Shown here: piece by piece, positions 13,354 through 26,593 of the stretch
Numbering within the stretch: position 1 is the first letter of the stretch
Layout: every line of letters starts with the position of its first letter
Source: Chrysomallon squamiferum
Taxonomy: Eukaryota; Animalia; Mollusca
Direction: 5' to 3'
Length of the DNA: 64,000 bases
Assembly: GCA_012295275.1 (NCBI GenBank)
Contig: CM022670.1
Span: 1-64,000, forward strand
Program-made: the position numbers and the translations under genes
Notes under the pieces: generated by a model
Database searches by the model: none
Told to the model about the DNA's origin: nothing
What the model saw: the letters and a program-made list of their open reading frames with translations, nothing else

Positions 13354-16300
13354 TTAAAAGTTACTCTTGTATTTGCTCCTTTCTTAAACTCTACAGCAAC
13401 ATTTATAATGTTCAATAGCTATTTCCATGAGCTTCATTAGTCTTAAAAGTGGAAAAAAAGAAACCACTGATTCAGTATCTCAAATTAAATTAGCATATAG
13501 AGAACGTAAATTTGTCCAGCTTGTCGAGAGAAAATACAAACAAATAATTTATTTTCACCACAAAGAACCAATGATGTGCTCAGTGAAGCTGGAAATGTAA
13601 CCTTTCCTTTCAAGTAATCAAATTTGTGGTTATTACTAGAATTCCCTAGTCATTTGATTTGATATTATATTTGCTATAAAATTAGAAAGGGATCAAAGAT
13701 TTAAACAAATTGTTATAAAACTTGTGATGGATAGTTGTGTATAAAAAGTGTATTATTTACACAATAATAATAAATAACAAAGGAAATGAAAATTATTAGT
13801 TTACAATAATGTAAGCCTCTACAATGTTCTCAACTATAATTCTTAATTTTGAAAGACATCAAGTTATTTTTATTTTCATGTTAATATAAAACCAAGGTTC
13901 AAGTAAAAATGAAAACTGGATTTCTGCTCCAGGATATGCTAATTTAGTGGGATCAATTGTTAATCAGATACAAGTGTGTACAAGGACTTTCATTTTCCAT
14001 TAAAAACAATATATATTAAAAACAAAAATTTTAAATAAAAAAACTCACAGTAAAATAACAGCTAAAAATGTTTTACTTTGTTTCAAACATTGAGTAAAAC
14101 ACCATAAAAGAGGAAATCCAATTTTACGATTCAACGGCCTACTCCTACATACTAAATGCAAGGAACCTTTCATAGGCACCTTCCCAAAACAGGAAAATAT
14201 ATTCTGCAAACTATAATAAATTAGTGGAGCACTTTGGCTGTATTGGGACAGTAGCCACATTATGTAAACCAGAGGTGTCGCTACATTCTGTAAGATGGAT
14301 TGTCCACCAGCCGTTTATTTAGACTGGTTGTCACTTTTAGTGTCAGCAGTTCATGTGTCTTGTCCTTAAACAAAATAGATGTTATCCGAAGCAGCAAATG
14401 TCATATTTACAAATTACCCCCTCTGGCGTTTTGAAGGAACACAATTTGATTCCTCAGATTTGCTGCAACTCACAATGAGCAGATACTGTATGGCTAAATT
14501 ATTGCACATGAATTTCAATGATTGCTACAAATGTTTTAACATGCAACTGTATAAAGATACATAAATAACTTTTTAAAATATTATCTTTGTCCTTCGAAAA
14601 CAGATATATGCTTGATCTGCACAATGTAAAAATTATTATTAACAGCACATCGCCAACTCAATGTCACATTCTCATAAATATTTATTAGTATACTGAATGG
14701 CAATCTTTAATTTCAGAGCAATAAAAACAATCTCACAACACACAACACAACAACACAACACAACACAACACAACACACACACACACTATAAACAATATAT
14801 ATATATATTATTTTGTAAAGAATATAATTCACAGAACAACCAGACTAGACTCGCCAGCAACAGATAATTTGATTTTATTTAATTCCAAATAAAATAAACT
14901 TGTTAATAATTAATGCATTTGATGTATTTCTGACAAACAAGTAACTTTGACATTGTTCAAAGTATTTGTACCCTGAACATTTTCTGTACCATCCCTTCTT
15001 TTTAACTTGCACCAGTTACACTGATTCCCGCTATCCCTTTTTCAAATGCTGGGGAGACCACTGGTAAACTGAGGATGAGAGATCCCAGTATCCTCTGTGT
15101 TTCAAGTCTTCATCTCAATCCACCAAACTGCATGTACTCATCTACCAAACAAAACTACATATCTTCTCTATATTACACTAAATAATACCAGCGTGATTAA
15201 TACATTAGTAAAAATAAATAATAACTAATAAATATTACTTTTCAGTTTCATCAAAAAAAAAAAAAAAAAAAAAAAAAAAGCCTCATAAATTGAATAGAGC
15301 TGGTTAATGAAACAATGCTTGACAGGATGTCATGTCAAATGGATCCTGACATTTTGTTCTCCTGTCTTGTTTAGCTGACTGGACTAATCATCACTACTTG
15401 ACTGGTATTACCATATAGATAGAACATTCACTGATTGTATTAAATCACTGAGAAAATATAGTCAGCTACAGTGTAGATGTATTTTCATACAGAATATTAC
15501 TAAATAACATTACACACAGAGCAAGTGTATCTTTTTTTCTTTTCTTTTTTTCACTCATGTTTATAACAAGAAAAATTATTTTTTTGTTTTAATACTAATT
15601 AATATATTTTACCATATGTTATTGCTGCAAAAAAAATATGGAGAGAGAGAGAAAGAATTTTTCATTTTATTAGGTGTTTGTTATAAATTTTGTGTTATAT
15701 GACAACTCTAATGTACAGTATTTTAAAACCTTTTAGTAACATGTTAAAGGTAAGTATTTGAATGTTCATATCTATGAGAATGAACTCTATTAACACACTT
15801 GAATATTTTTATTACTTAACAGTAAGGTATCTTATTATAGGCTGTAAATAAATAAATAAATAAATAAATAAACATTTCCAAAACCAGTGGTTTAGGCTAT
15901 ATATTTTTTTCTTTTCTTTCTTTTCTTTCTTTTCTTTCATTGTTCCTTTCTCCAGTTTATAGTAACAGGTGCAGAAAAAAAAAAAAAAAAAAAAAATATC
16001 AAAGAATATAATTCCAACAATGTGCAAATATTAGTGAGAACACGAGTAATATTAAGTAATATTACTAATACCTACGCTCTTTTTTTGCAGGGAGGAGCCA
16101 TTCCAAATAATACTGTATAGCTTGTCTATACACAAAACCTGAAAGTACATTTTCTTGGAACAAACACAAGAACAAAAAAGCTAAATAACTGTAAAATCTG
16201 TATTGCAGAAGAGATGTACTTGGAAACCAAGTTCAGACAAGCATTTTCCACACTGAGATAACAAAACCAGATAGATGCAGAATTTCTGCATCTTTTTATA

Positions 16301-19300
16301 GGTTTTAAAAAACAACAGTTACAAAGTGGAATTGTTTTCTCAGATTTGATACAAAAAAAAAAAATCAAACATACAGATTTAAAAATAATGATAGTGTTAA
16401 AACAGAATTACAAACAGATGGCTATCAGATTTCATAACATTGTTCCAGATTATTTAAAATTATGATTATCAAGTGTAGAAATTTACAAGTTAAAATTACT
16501 GTCCTAAATCAAATTATGAATTACAAACAATTATATTACAGAAGAAAGCACAGTTCTAGACTTTATAAAATTCACAGGATTACATGTACGGATTTAGATA
16601 TTACTTGTAAAATCCAATTAAGAAAAATTGTGTTTAAAAAAGAAAAGGTAATGAACTAGACATTTAGAAATTTAGATACATGAAACACACAAAAAACAAC
16701 TCAACTATACAACAATAAATTCTTAATAAATTTTCTTTCTTCTTTTCTGAAATGCAGTTAATCAACTGATAATTATTGATTTAAATGGATAAAATTGTTA
16801 CAATTTATTTTGTATTCTTTATTTATTTTATTTTATTTAAGTTTCCCCCAAATTTAAAATTATAAATGGAAATATTTCATGAAACAACCTTCTAGGAAAG
16901 TTTTTAATTAAGTTATTTAAACTGAAGTAAGAAGATTTAAAAAAATCTTCAGAAATGGTGTAATTTAAACATATAGACAACATACCTGAGAGAGCGACAG
17001 AAAGACAGAAACCAAGTGACGCAATGACTGTGTGACACTTGTAAATATAGCGCTGTGTGACCACAACTAATCACAAAAACCACTCAACCATTTCAAGCAG
17101 TGACAAAAAGGAACTATTTAATTAGACAAAATTATCTTTCTTAGGATCAAACAAGCTGATAAAGATTCTAAAACAAAGACCATAAAGCCTAATTGAACAC
17201 TTAAACTGAACACTATTCATAGAAATGGGACAAAAGATTGTAAGCCACAGAAATAAAGACTTTCCATGACTTCCACACTTCAGAAAGCTTATCAGTTTAG
17301 TTTTAGTTTTTTTTGTTGTTGTTGTTGTTGTTGTTGTTTTATTTGTTTTAAACAATCTGTTCTGATACAACTGAAAAATGAATATTTAAAGATATCAAAG
17401 CACATGTACAAAAAAAAAAAAAAAAAAAAAAAAATTTTTATTATAATGCCTCAGTCAATGTTAGGAATTTGAACAGATATGATCAATATCTATAAAACTC
17501 CAAATTTATTTTTAAAAACACACACACACACACTAAAAAAACCAATTAGCAGTGTGAGAAGTTGTCAAAAAATTCCAGATCTCAGAAAGGAAAAGGTTAC
17601 GTAAAAACTAGTAGAATATTATAAAAGATTAACTCATTAATCATTCTTTATTAGTAAAATGTTCCTGTATTATACTGATACTTGTTTCTTAGGTTTTTCT
17701 CTTTTATGTTATTGTCTTTGAAAACACAATTCTATAATTACACTGGTCAGTTTTACCAATACACAGCAACTGAACCTTTATGTGAGGATTCCCCCAAAAA
17801 GGACATCACATACCATAGCCTTTGAAATTCAGATTTTACGGGGGCTCTATGAGAACTGATCATGTAAATATATGACAAGTAAGCCAAACCTGTGTTTATG
17901 AATTTATAATAATATACTAACAGATATACTTTTAACATTTCTGCATGTAAATTATACTTCATTATCTTTCTTTTTTATCTTTTTAATATTTTTATGAGAA
18001 GCATATATTTTCCTAAACCCATCACTTACATACCTTTCTCCCTTTAAGTGCTAATCTACAGCCTGCAGTTGGGAAATGTATTCATCAAGTCCCCAGTCTC
18101 AGATCTCACGTTAATGTACAAGACTTAGGTAACAAACGCTTTAGAAAAATGATGCCAACACAAAAACAAATCCATGCTAACTCAGAGAAGATTTGTCAGC
18201 AATTTATTTACTAAACATGCTAAAAGACTCAAATCCTCAGAAGAATAGGAAATGAAGAAACAAGGGTAACTGTTGGCGTTCATATATAATGAGATTTGTC
18301 AGCAAAATGCAATCAATACAGTTGATTCTCCTGGGTAAATACGACAGCCTATTACTTGCGAAGTAATCGATGACGACAAAACATTTAACCATCATAACTT
18401 TCTCTTCTCTGTCTTTTTTTTTTTTTTTTTGACATAAAGAATAATAATAATAAACTGTAAAAAATAAAAAATAAAATAAAAATATATTTTTTTTTAAAAT
18501 CAACAAAAAAAAACAGCACCAAAAAGTTGCTGCTGATAACACAAACACACACACATATTTTTATTTTTATGTATACTATTGTTAAAAATAATTTTTATGA
18601 AATGTGTTTTTTGATGGAGTCTGTCAGTGGAAGAAATAAAGGAAGAAAGATATGACTTACTGCAAGACACACACATATAACACATTTCTAAAATGTACAT
18701 TTGGATGGTGTTATACTTAAATAATGGGACACAATACAATCTTCTTTTATTAAATAAAGGATTTTTTTAATACCACAGACTGGAAAACATGTATCACAAC
18801 TACTGATAAAAGTTTCTAATGTGTAAGGCACTAGCTGGTGGAAAATGACCCAAGTAATTTTGCTTTGAAACAATGAAATTTAGCTCTATGCAGACATTTT
18901 TTTTTTTTTAACTGGAAGACAGTGAGTGATAAGATGGAACTGGATGATGATGCCAAAAGTAAATTTAGAAAACAGTATCACTGACAAGCACTGTTCCTGT
19001 TTCCCACTGTTCCTCAGACAAGAGCTCATTGTAATTTCCCACACAATTCTGCTAATGAAGAATATTAAAAGAAAAAGTCTTCAAACTATAGTTTAATCAA
19101 GTACCACTGATCTGGCTGACAAGAGTTAAGCCAACAAAGAATTTGCAAATTGCTGAACCAATGAAGGGTTTAATTGTTTGTGGCGACTGCACTGAGACAG
19201 GAAATATTCCATTAAAAATGACAGTTACAAAATTAACACACTGATGAAGCAGACACTTGATCTTTAAACCATGTCTAGACAGAGGAAAGTCAACCAGAAA

Positions 19301-22300
19301 GGAAAACACATTCATTTTTAATTTTCAACATGTCTGTGTCAACTTTTCTATCAACTTTGGATCAAGTTAAGATATGATATATCACTAAACAAAACAGATG
19401 CAAACTAACCCCCAAAAACTGTTTGTCTCAACATTTAAAATTAATTATTGTTAGGTGACAGTAATCTTCTTCATCTTCAGTGGTGATGTCCAACTGATGC
19501 TCTCTGTTACCTTTCTGTAAGTTATTCATTAAATACTAGAATGTAGACTTGTATGCATCTTCAGTAAGACACATACTCTAATATTTGAGCTACAGTTCAT
19601 TTGGGATTTATTCTGTCAGAAGCCCATTTAGCTATTTCACAATCCAGCCAGTGCTCTGTCAGTTATACATCAAAGATCTTGGTAAGTGCTCCTCTTTCTT
19701 TCAGAAAGTGATAATCTACAACAGTGGTCAGCAATTGTCATTTGTATATCAACCACTTTCAAACATTGTGAAAGCTGAAATAACCACCAAACTTTAAAAA
19801 AAAAAAAAAAAAAAAATAATTAACAGGTAAAACTTTATTTATTCAAAGTTTAAATAAAAGTTTAATTAATTATTTGTTAAAGTTTAATGATTAAAGTTTT
19901 AACTACTCTAATTGAATAAAGATACAACAGAAACAGAACTTTTTTCCTTTCTATGGACATTCATTCATTCTATATCATATACTTTTTAATACACTGGAAA
20001 AAAATAAGAATATGAATTGTTGCCCACTGCATTCCCTGAGCTGGATAAAAAAATTTGTATGAGTGTCAAATCAAATGCCCACCATTTGCTCCAGCAAAGC
20101 TCAGTTCTGCCCATCACCCCCAAAATAATAAGTATCCAGCATTGCCAGTCAAACACCCACTGGTGTCTGCTAGCAACCAGTTTGCTCATAATTAATGCAA
20201 AAGTGAAACCATAAAATTAAATGTGCTTTTGTGATGTCTTCATGTAAAACAAACATGAGCATTATCATCATCATCATCAATCACACATTTCTGGTTCAGT
20301 TCCTGCATCAACTTCAGCTTCAACAACACTTTTTATTTATTTTCTTCTTTTTTTCCACTTTTTTTCAAACTGATAATAAAACAATCTTTCCCAAGTCAAA
20401 ATCAAATACCAACATGAATAAATCTGCACTTTCTGCCCATATACATGCCATTTCTCTGAAAAGAACAAATCCCTGGATAATTGCGTAAATCCATTTTGAA
20501 ATGAAGTAAGATTATGTGCTAAACAGAGCCTGTATAAAACACATTAATTTAACATCTACAGGATACTGTCTGTCGTACAATGAAACAAAATCAATGCTTG
20601 CAATGTCTTGAATTTGTCTGCACTGAAAACAGAGATTTGTGCACTGATAGCACACATAAATACATGCACTGTTTCACAATAAAAACATCCAAAAATGGTT
20701 GACTAAATTTTCTCCAAGAAGACTAGATCCAAAGTACTTGCAGTGTTAAATTTTGTGTGCAGTGAAATCAGTAGACTGAAACACTGACTGATAAATAAAT
20801 AAATAAATAAATAATATCCCCATAAAAATAAACCACAGTGCAGCTGACTGCAGTTTAGAGGAATTCAAAGAGGAGCTTTCTGCATAATATTTATAAATTC
20901 TACTGACATAAATTACACATTAAAAAGCTATTACTGACAAAAATGGTGGCTTCAGTAGTGAAAAGCATAATTTCCTCTAGGTATCTGTTTCAAAAACTGT
21001 ATAGAAACCAGTGTATCAAAGACTATATCTAAAAATACTAAAAATATCTATGGATAACAAAAACTGATTTTAAAAAGATTAACAGTATGGGGGGAAAAGA
21101 GAAAGAAGAATTTACTTTTGATTATTTCATTATTTTTCTTCTTTCTATTTTTATTGCATCTAGACACTCAAAAAGCAATGATAAACTGAGAATATTTTAT
21201 ATAATTTTGTTTTGCTTTGACATGTTAACAAATCAACACAAGACTGGTATCAGGGAACCAAGAGATAATGTTTTCTCACTCAGCTAAAGTTTACATTTTT
21301 TCTAAATGTATCTCAGTGCCAGTGTTTAACGTGTTCAGCAAGTCATAGGCTGCAGGATCAATATAAGCACTGAGTTTTTTCCCATTCAGAAACTGCTCTA
21401 TAACTGATGCATCAAAAATCAGGTTTTAGGCTTTCTAATCAATGACAAATGGCAAAAGAAACAAAAAAAACCTACATATTTTGGTGTATATGGTAAATAG
21501 TATTAGCAATGGCATCAGATTTCCTTTTTCATATTACCATTAGAAAAACATGTTTGACATCTAAAACCAGATAATATAAAAATGTTTCATCTTTAAATAT
21601 CAAATTATTCATTTATTTAACTTACACAAAAACCAGTTTAATATGTGAAATCTATAATCATAGTAAACAACAGATGTTAAATTACTGATACTGTAATATC
21701 AAAGACTCTGATAACAGTTAAAAAACTGGTGTAATGTAGATGTACGAATGTCACTATTAATGTTGATTAAAAAAACAAAAGAAGAAGAAATACCGTAGGT
21801 AACTTAAAAATGTAGTTTGCTCTAATTTTCAGACAAAACACTAAAATAGTTTCATATTTATTTATTATAGTTCACAATGAATACAGTAAAATACAAATAA
21901 ATGTTATGTAAAGGTATAATATTGTATTAGACAAGCATCAAGATTTGATCCAAATACCTACTAGAGGTTAGACTTAACTACTGGGCACAGGAAGTTATTT
22001 ATACAACCTTAGAAGAAAGCCACCAATGTTATATCTTAAATGAAATATTGCCTTTGTCTTCCTTTTTTTAAATTATTACTTCTTATTTTAATTTTTCTTT
22101 TCGTATAAATATGAATAATGATATTGCCAGTTTGATGGTTTGCCATTTTTCATATCGATTGAACCATAAAAACAAAATTCATCATCTTTTCACATCTAAA
22201 TGTTTTAATAAATGCATAACTCTTCAGAAAAACCTACAACTAAAATTAAGACTGATTTATAGATTTTCACAATCAGCAAGTGTCTTGAAAAAACAAAACA

Positions 22301-23059
22301 ATGATCAGTTCATCATTTCTAGAGAACATCTCAAATTCAGCTTAATTTTTTCTTTTTTTGGCCTGCTTCAAACAAGGACAATGTATCAGGGCAATTCCAT
22401 TCAGCACAGAGTCTCGAAGGATGGATTTGAGACAAAAATCTCAAAGTGAAATATTGGAAATCAACCGGCAGGCTCAAGCAAAAGAAATTCCATTTCCATT
22501 TGCTATTAATTTGAGCATGATATGCATTTTATTACAGAAGCCAAATAAACAACAACTGAGAGAGAGGAAGTCGGTCTGATGAGACAAGATTCATTCGAAA
22601 ATCGAGAAACTTAATCAACTTTTCCAAGCAAACTCATAATAAATGCTTCAATTATTTCCTAGGGTCATTGGACTGTAGCAAAATTAGTGTCTCAATTCAT
22701 TATCCAAACCAAAGATTTATCTATCATTAATGGACTTAAACATTTGAGTTTCTCCAGCAATTAAGGCTTTCAGTAATGAATTTTATCTCAAAGAGCTTGA
22801 AATAATGACTTGAGTAGTTGTTTTTCACTTCGTTGGTCTTACAAAGGCAGACAATAACAATAATCATCATTCATGAATATAATGCAGCTAAAATTACATT
22901 TTTCTATTTGTAGACAACTCACACAACTGCATTCTTTAACTTTCTCAGTGGTGAACTATTTACAGTACAAAACATGAGAGATCATCAGATCAGTTCTCCA
23001 CAGTACTTTTACAAGAACTGATCCTGAAATCTATCATTCCCCAGGAAACTCTCTATCAC

Positions 23060-23345
23060 CATCTGCAGCATATCCCAAAGTTGTGGTAGTAGTAGCAGCA
23101 GTGGTACTGGTGTTGCTGATGATGATAGTGCTAACTGCAGTAGTAATGATGGTAGTGCTGATGATGATGGAAATATCAGTAGTAGCATTAATACTGACAA
23201 TGGTGATGCTAAAAGAGTAGGAGAGTAGTAGCAATGGTGGCAGTTGTGATAACGGTGTTGATGATGTTGACTGTGATGATCCTAACAGCTGTAGCAGTGG
23301 AGATAACAGTAGTAGTGAGGTAAAAAGAGCAGTATTGGTAGTAGT
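23060..23345. repeat. Degenerate trinucleotide (GTA/GCA/GAT-type) simple repeat
   Basis: Runs of gtagtagtagcagca and gatgatgat triplets. Confidence 0.7.
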
Positions 23346-23899
23346 AAAAATAAATAATAAAAAAAAAAAAACCCAGTCAAAACAAAAATTATGAAAAACT
23401 AATGACATTTAGCACATTTAAGAACTACATAAAACAATCTGCTGGGGGTGCATGCCCTGTGTGTACACACACTGGTTTACCACTAAATCAATAAACTCTC
23501 ACAGAAAACTAATTCCTCATCATCGACCACGTTGTGCAGTTTCTTATAAAAACAGTGATTTTCTTAAACGGTTAAGTGACATTCAACTTGAACTTATGGG
23601 CTTCAAATCAATATAATGTTGAAAACCTTACAAGTCCTAATCTGCTAACAAATCTTTCGTACATATGCTGCATTCTCAAGTGATGCATTTTCCTGTGGGG
23701 AAAAAAAAAAAGAACGTCCTGACATTTTTTGGCTCTCAGAAGAATATTTCATATTAAAATCTCCACTTTACTCCCAGTAGAAAATTACTGTTTGTCTTGT
23801 GTTTGGTGAATACTGAGAAACACTTGTCTTTATATGATAAAAATATTAGCATTCATCAAAAACTTGAATTATGTTGTTATGTTGAACATTTATTTGTGA

Positions 23900-23936
<37 letters not shown>

Positions 23937-24895
23937 TTTGTTTCTGTTTGTTTCTGTTTGTTTCTAACACTGTAACAGAACCATTTAATTTAAGTGTAGC
24001 ATAAAATAACAAAATATAAAACCCTAAAAATCAAACTATAAGTTTATATACATGTATACACACACACATACATACATACATATCTGTCTACACACAAACA
24101 CACACACATTCTAACATAATGGTCTTTCAGAAATTATTTATGCTACTTATAATGAAGAAGAAAACATCTAAAAGTGTCAGATTTCTAAAACTGTAAGATA
24201 TTTAATTAAAATAAGTACACCAGAAGCTAACAAGCTGCTAGATCACCTCCAACAAGAAAAATAAAACCACTAACAAGTGTGTTGTATGGCAAAGAAAAAA
24301 ACATTGCTTTTCTAAGACATTTTACACCAAATGAGTTTGTTCGCATGCATGGCAAAAACATGTTTCTTCATTAAATTGTTTTTTTTTCCTGTTAAAATTT
24401 GAAATGAACAGATGGAATCTCAAAATCAATAAAATACAAAAAATTTAATTTTTTTTGCTTCCATTATTTTCAGAATAATTTATAACATTTTCAAGACTTA
24501 CAGATACACACATATAAAATAAATATTACATTCATTTTAATTAACTCTATACATTAAAAAATGAACAAATAAAAATAAATGAATGAAAATAAATTCATTT
24601 TCTTTTCTCTCTTAAGGCAGTTCTTTGATTCCACCTTTCATTATTTAGTTAGATTAGGAAAATGATTCTACACAGTCAGTTTAACTGTACACTACCAACT
24701 GTTTTGATACTCATCTTAATTTTAGAGAAAACATCTTACCATCAACCAGCCAAACTCTAACAATATTAAACCAAAAACAAGACCAAAACAATCATTCTAA
24801 CCTGAACGTTATATTAGTGATGCATATTTGTCCATATAGCCATCATTAGAAATACTTTATTACTGTTGTTGATGTTGCTGCTGCTGTTGTTAATA

Positions 24896-25223
24896 CAGGT
24901 ACTGGACCAATAATCCAGAAAGACCAGAAAATCAGAGGTTTTTTTTATCCAAAGCTATTTTCATAGTTCGCGACCATGGGTGTTGTCCTCACCAGACCGG
25001 AACTACTCTTTCAAGTGTTCATTCACTTGCCACACTGTTTATGTGTCGACGAGCCACAGTTGTGTATCATCAATTTTCTTTATCATAAGTTTATGTTTTT
25101 AATTATAAAATGTTTATGCCTAATTATTTACATATTCAGATGCTTTGGTACCAATAACCGGAAAATCCAGAAATCCAGAATGCGTTAGATCCCAAGGAGT
25201 CCAGATAATTGATCCAGTACCTG
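24896..25223. mobile_element. ~330-bp MITE with ~24-bp TIRs, pogo/Tigger-like
   Basis: CAGGTACTGGACCAATAATCCAGA at the start versus the reverse complement of the end, CAGGTACTGGATCAATTATCTGGA. TA flanks at 24894-24895 and 24-bp TIR end followed by TA at 25224-25225. Confidence 0.85.
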
Positions 25224-26462
25224 TATATATCAGATTTTTGTTTCTTTGCTTGCTTGTTTTTTAGTGTGTTTTTTAAATTATTATAATTTCAAAATACTTC
25301 AGAATTTTAAACTGACAGTTTTTGTATTAAAACCTGATGAAAATTCTTAAAAAATGATTTACTTCCTTATAAATATATGTATTCTGAACAGGAACTCTAT
25401 TAATTAATCTAGGTTCAGGAAATAAATAATAGTGAATATAGTTTACAGTGGACATCAATTTTTGCTCACATTCAATATCAAACTTTTAGTATAATTAAGC
25501 AAACAAATATCTCTGAGGGTATTTAAGCACACTCACAAACATCCAGACCACTGAAAAGGGAACTGACAAAATACCCACACTGACAGGCCACCATTAAGAT
25601 GTCTCACTTTGTAGATGAATTAGCCAGTGAAAATGAGTTGCTAATAGCAACCTGCAAGAGAAAACACCATTACAGAAAGAAAAGAAGTCAACTTCTATAA
25701 ATCAATTTGTCCATCACTGTTCAAGTTTACTTAATACAAAACCAAAGACTCCTGTTCAAGAGACTACAGAGTGGCTCAAAATGCATTAAGATTTTTTTTT
25801 TTTTTGTTCACAACTGGGATGAATGTCCACTCCATTAGGCATTTCTTGAAAGCTCTCTGCAATTAGTTTCCTGCCAGTACTTGTGTGCATCAGATGTTAA
25901 TTAAGTTTCACACCTACATAGCAATCACTAACTACTGGAAATGTGACTATACTTTTACGATGTTGTCAATGCACCCACCACCTGCCAAAGTGACACTAGG
26001 GCTAAGCCATGAGATTTAAGGAAATTCAGTTTGAGACTATCAAGAATTCAGGATTATTTTCTGCTTCTACTCAGAGTGATTTCAGGTGACCATTAGATTA
26101 TCTTGTCATAATCTTCTATTATATTAAATTAATTAATTGCCACACATTAGCTTATGGGAAACGTCAAAGTCTGAACCAAGATGAAGAATGCATGACTCTA
26201 ACAGATATAATTGTAAATAATTTTAAATAAAGTTATTGTTTATTGACCACATTAACCTAATATGCTTCACACCAACCTGTTTTGACTAAAATGATATCCA
26301 AACCATGTTTTCCATGTACCTCTGTGGCCCAAGTTAGAGCCATCACATATTAAGCCAATCAAAAACTGGCTCCAGTTGCTGCGTGGGGAATTAAAACAAA
26401 ACTGCAATGATTATTTCAAATAAGCTAGTTAATACAATGTTCAGAAAATAAAGCAAGATCTT

Positions 26463-26496
26463 TTGTGAGTGTGAGTCTGTGTCTGTATCAGTGTGT

Positions 26497-26590
<94 letters not shown>
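26463..26590. repeat. (GT)n microsatellite
   Basis: Long GT dinucleotide run. Confidence 0.95.

Positions 26591-26593
<3 letters not shown>

Noticed and set aside
22571-22610. Hammerhead-like core CTGATGAG…CGAAA
   Set aside because: Stem II has only ~2 bp and there is no room for stem I or a correctly placed NUH site.
23034-23408. Thr/Ser-rich ORFs
   Set aside because: They are translations of a degenerate trinucleotide repeat with no convincing splice structure.
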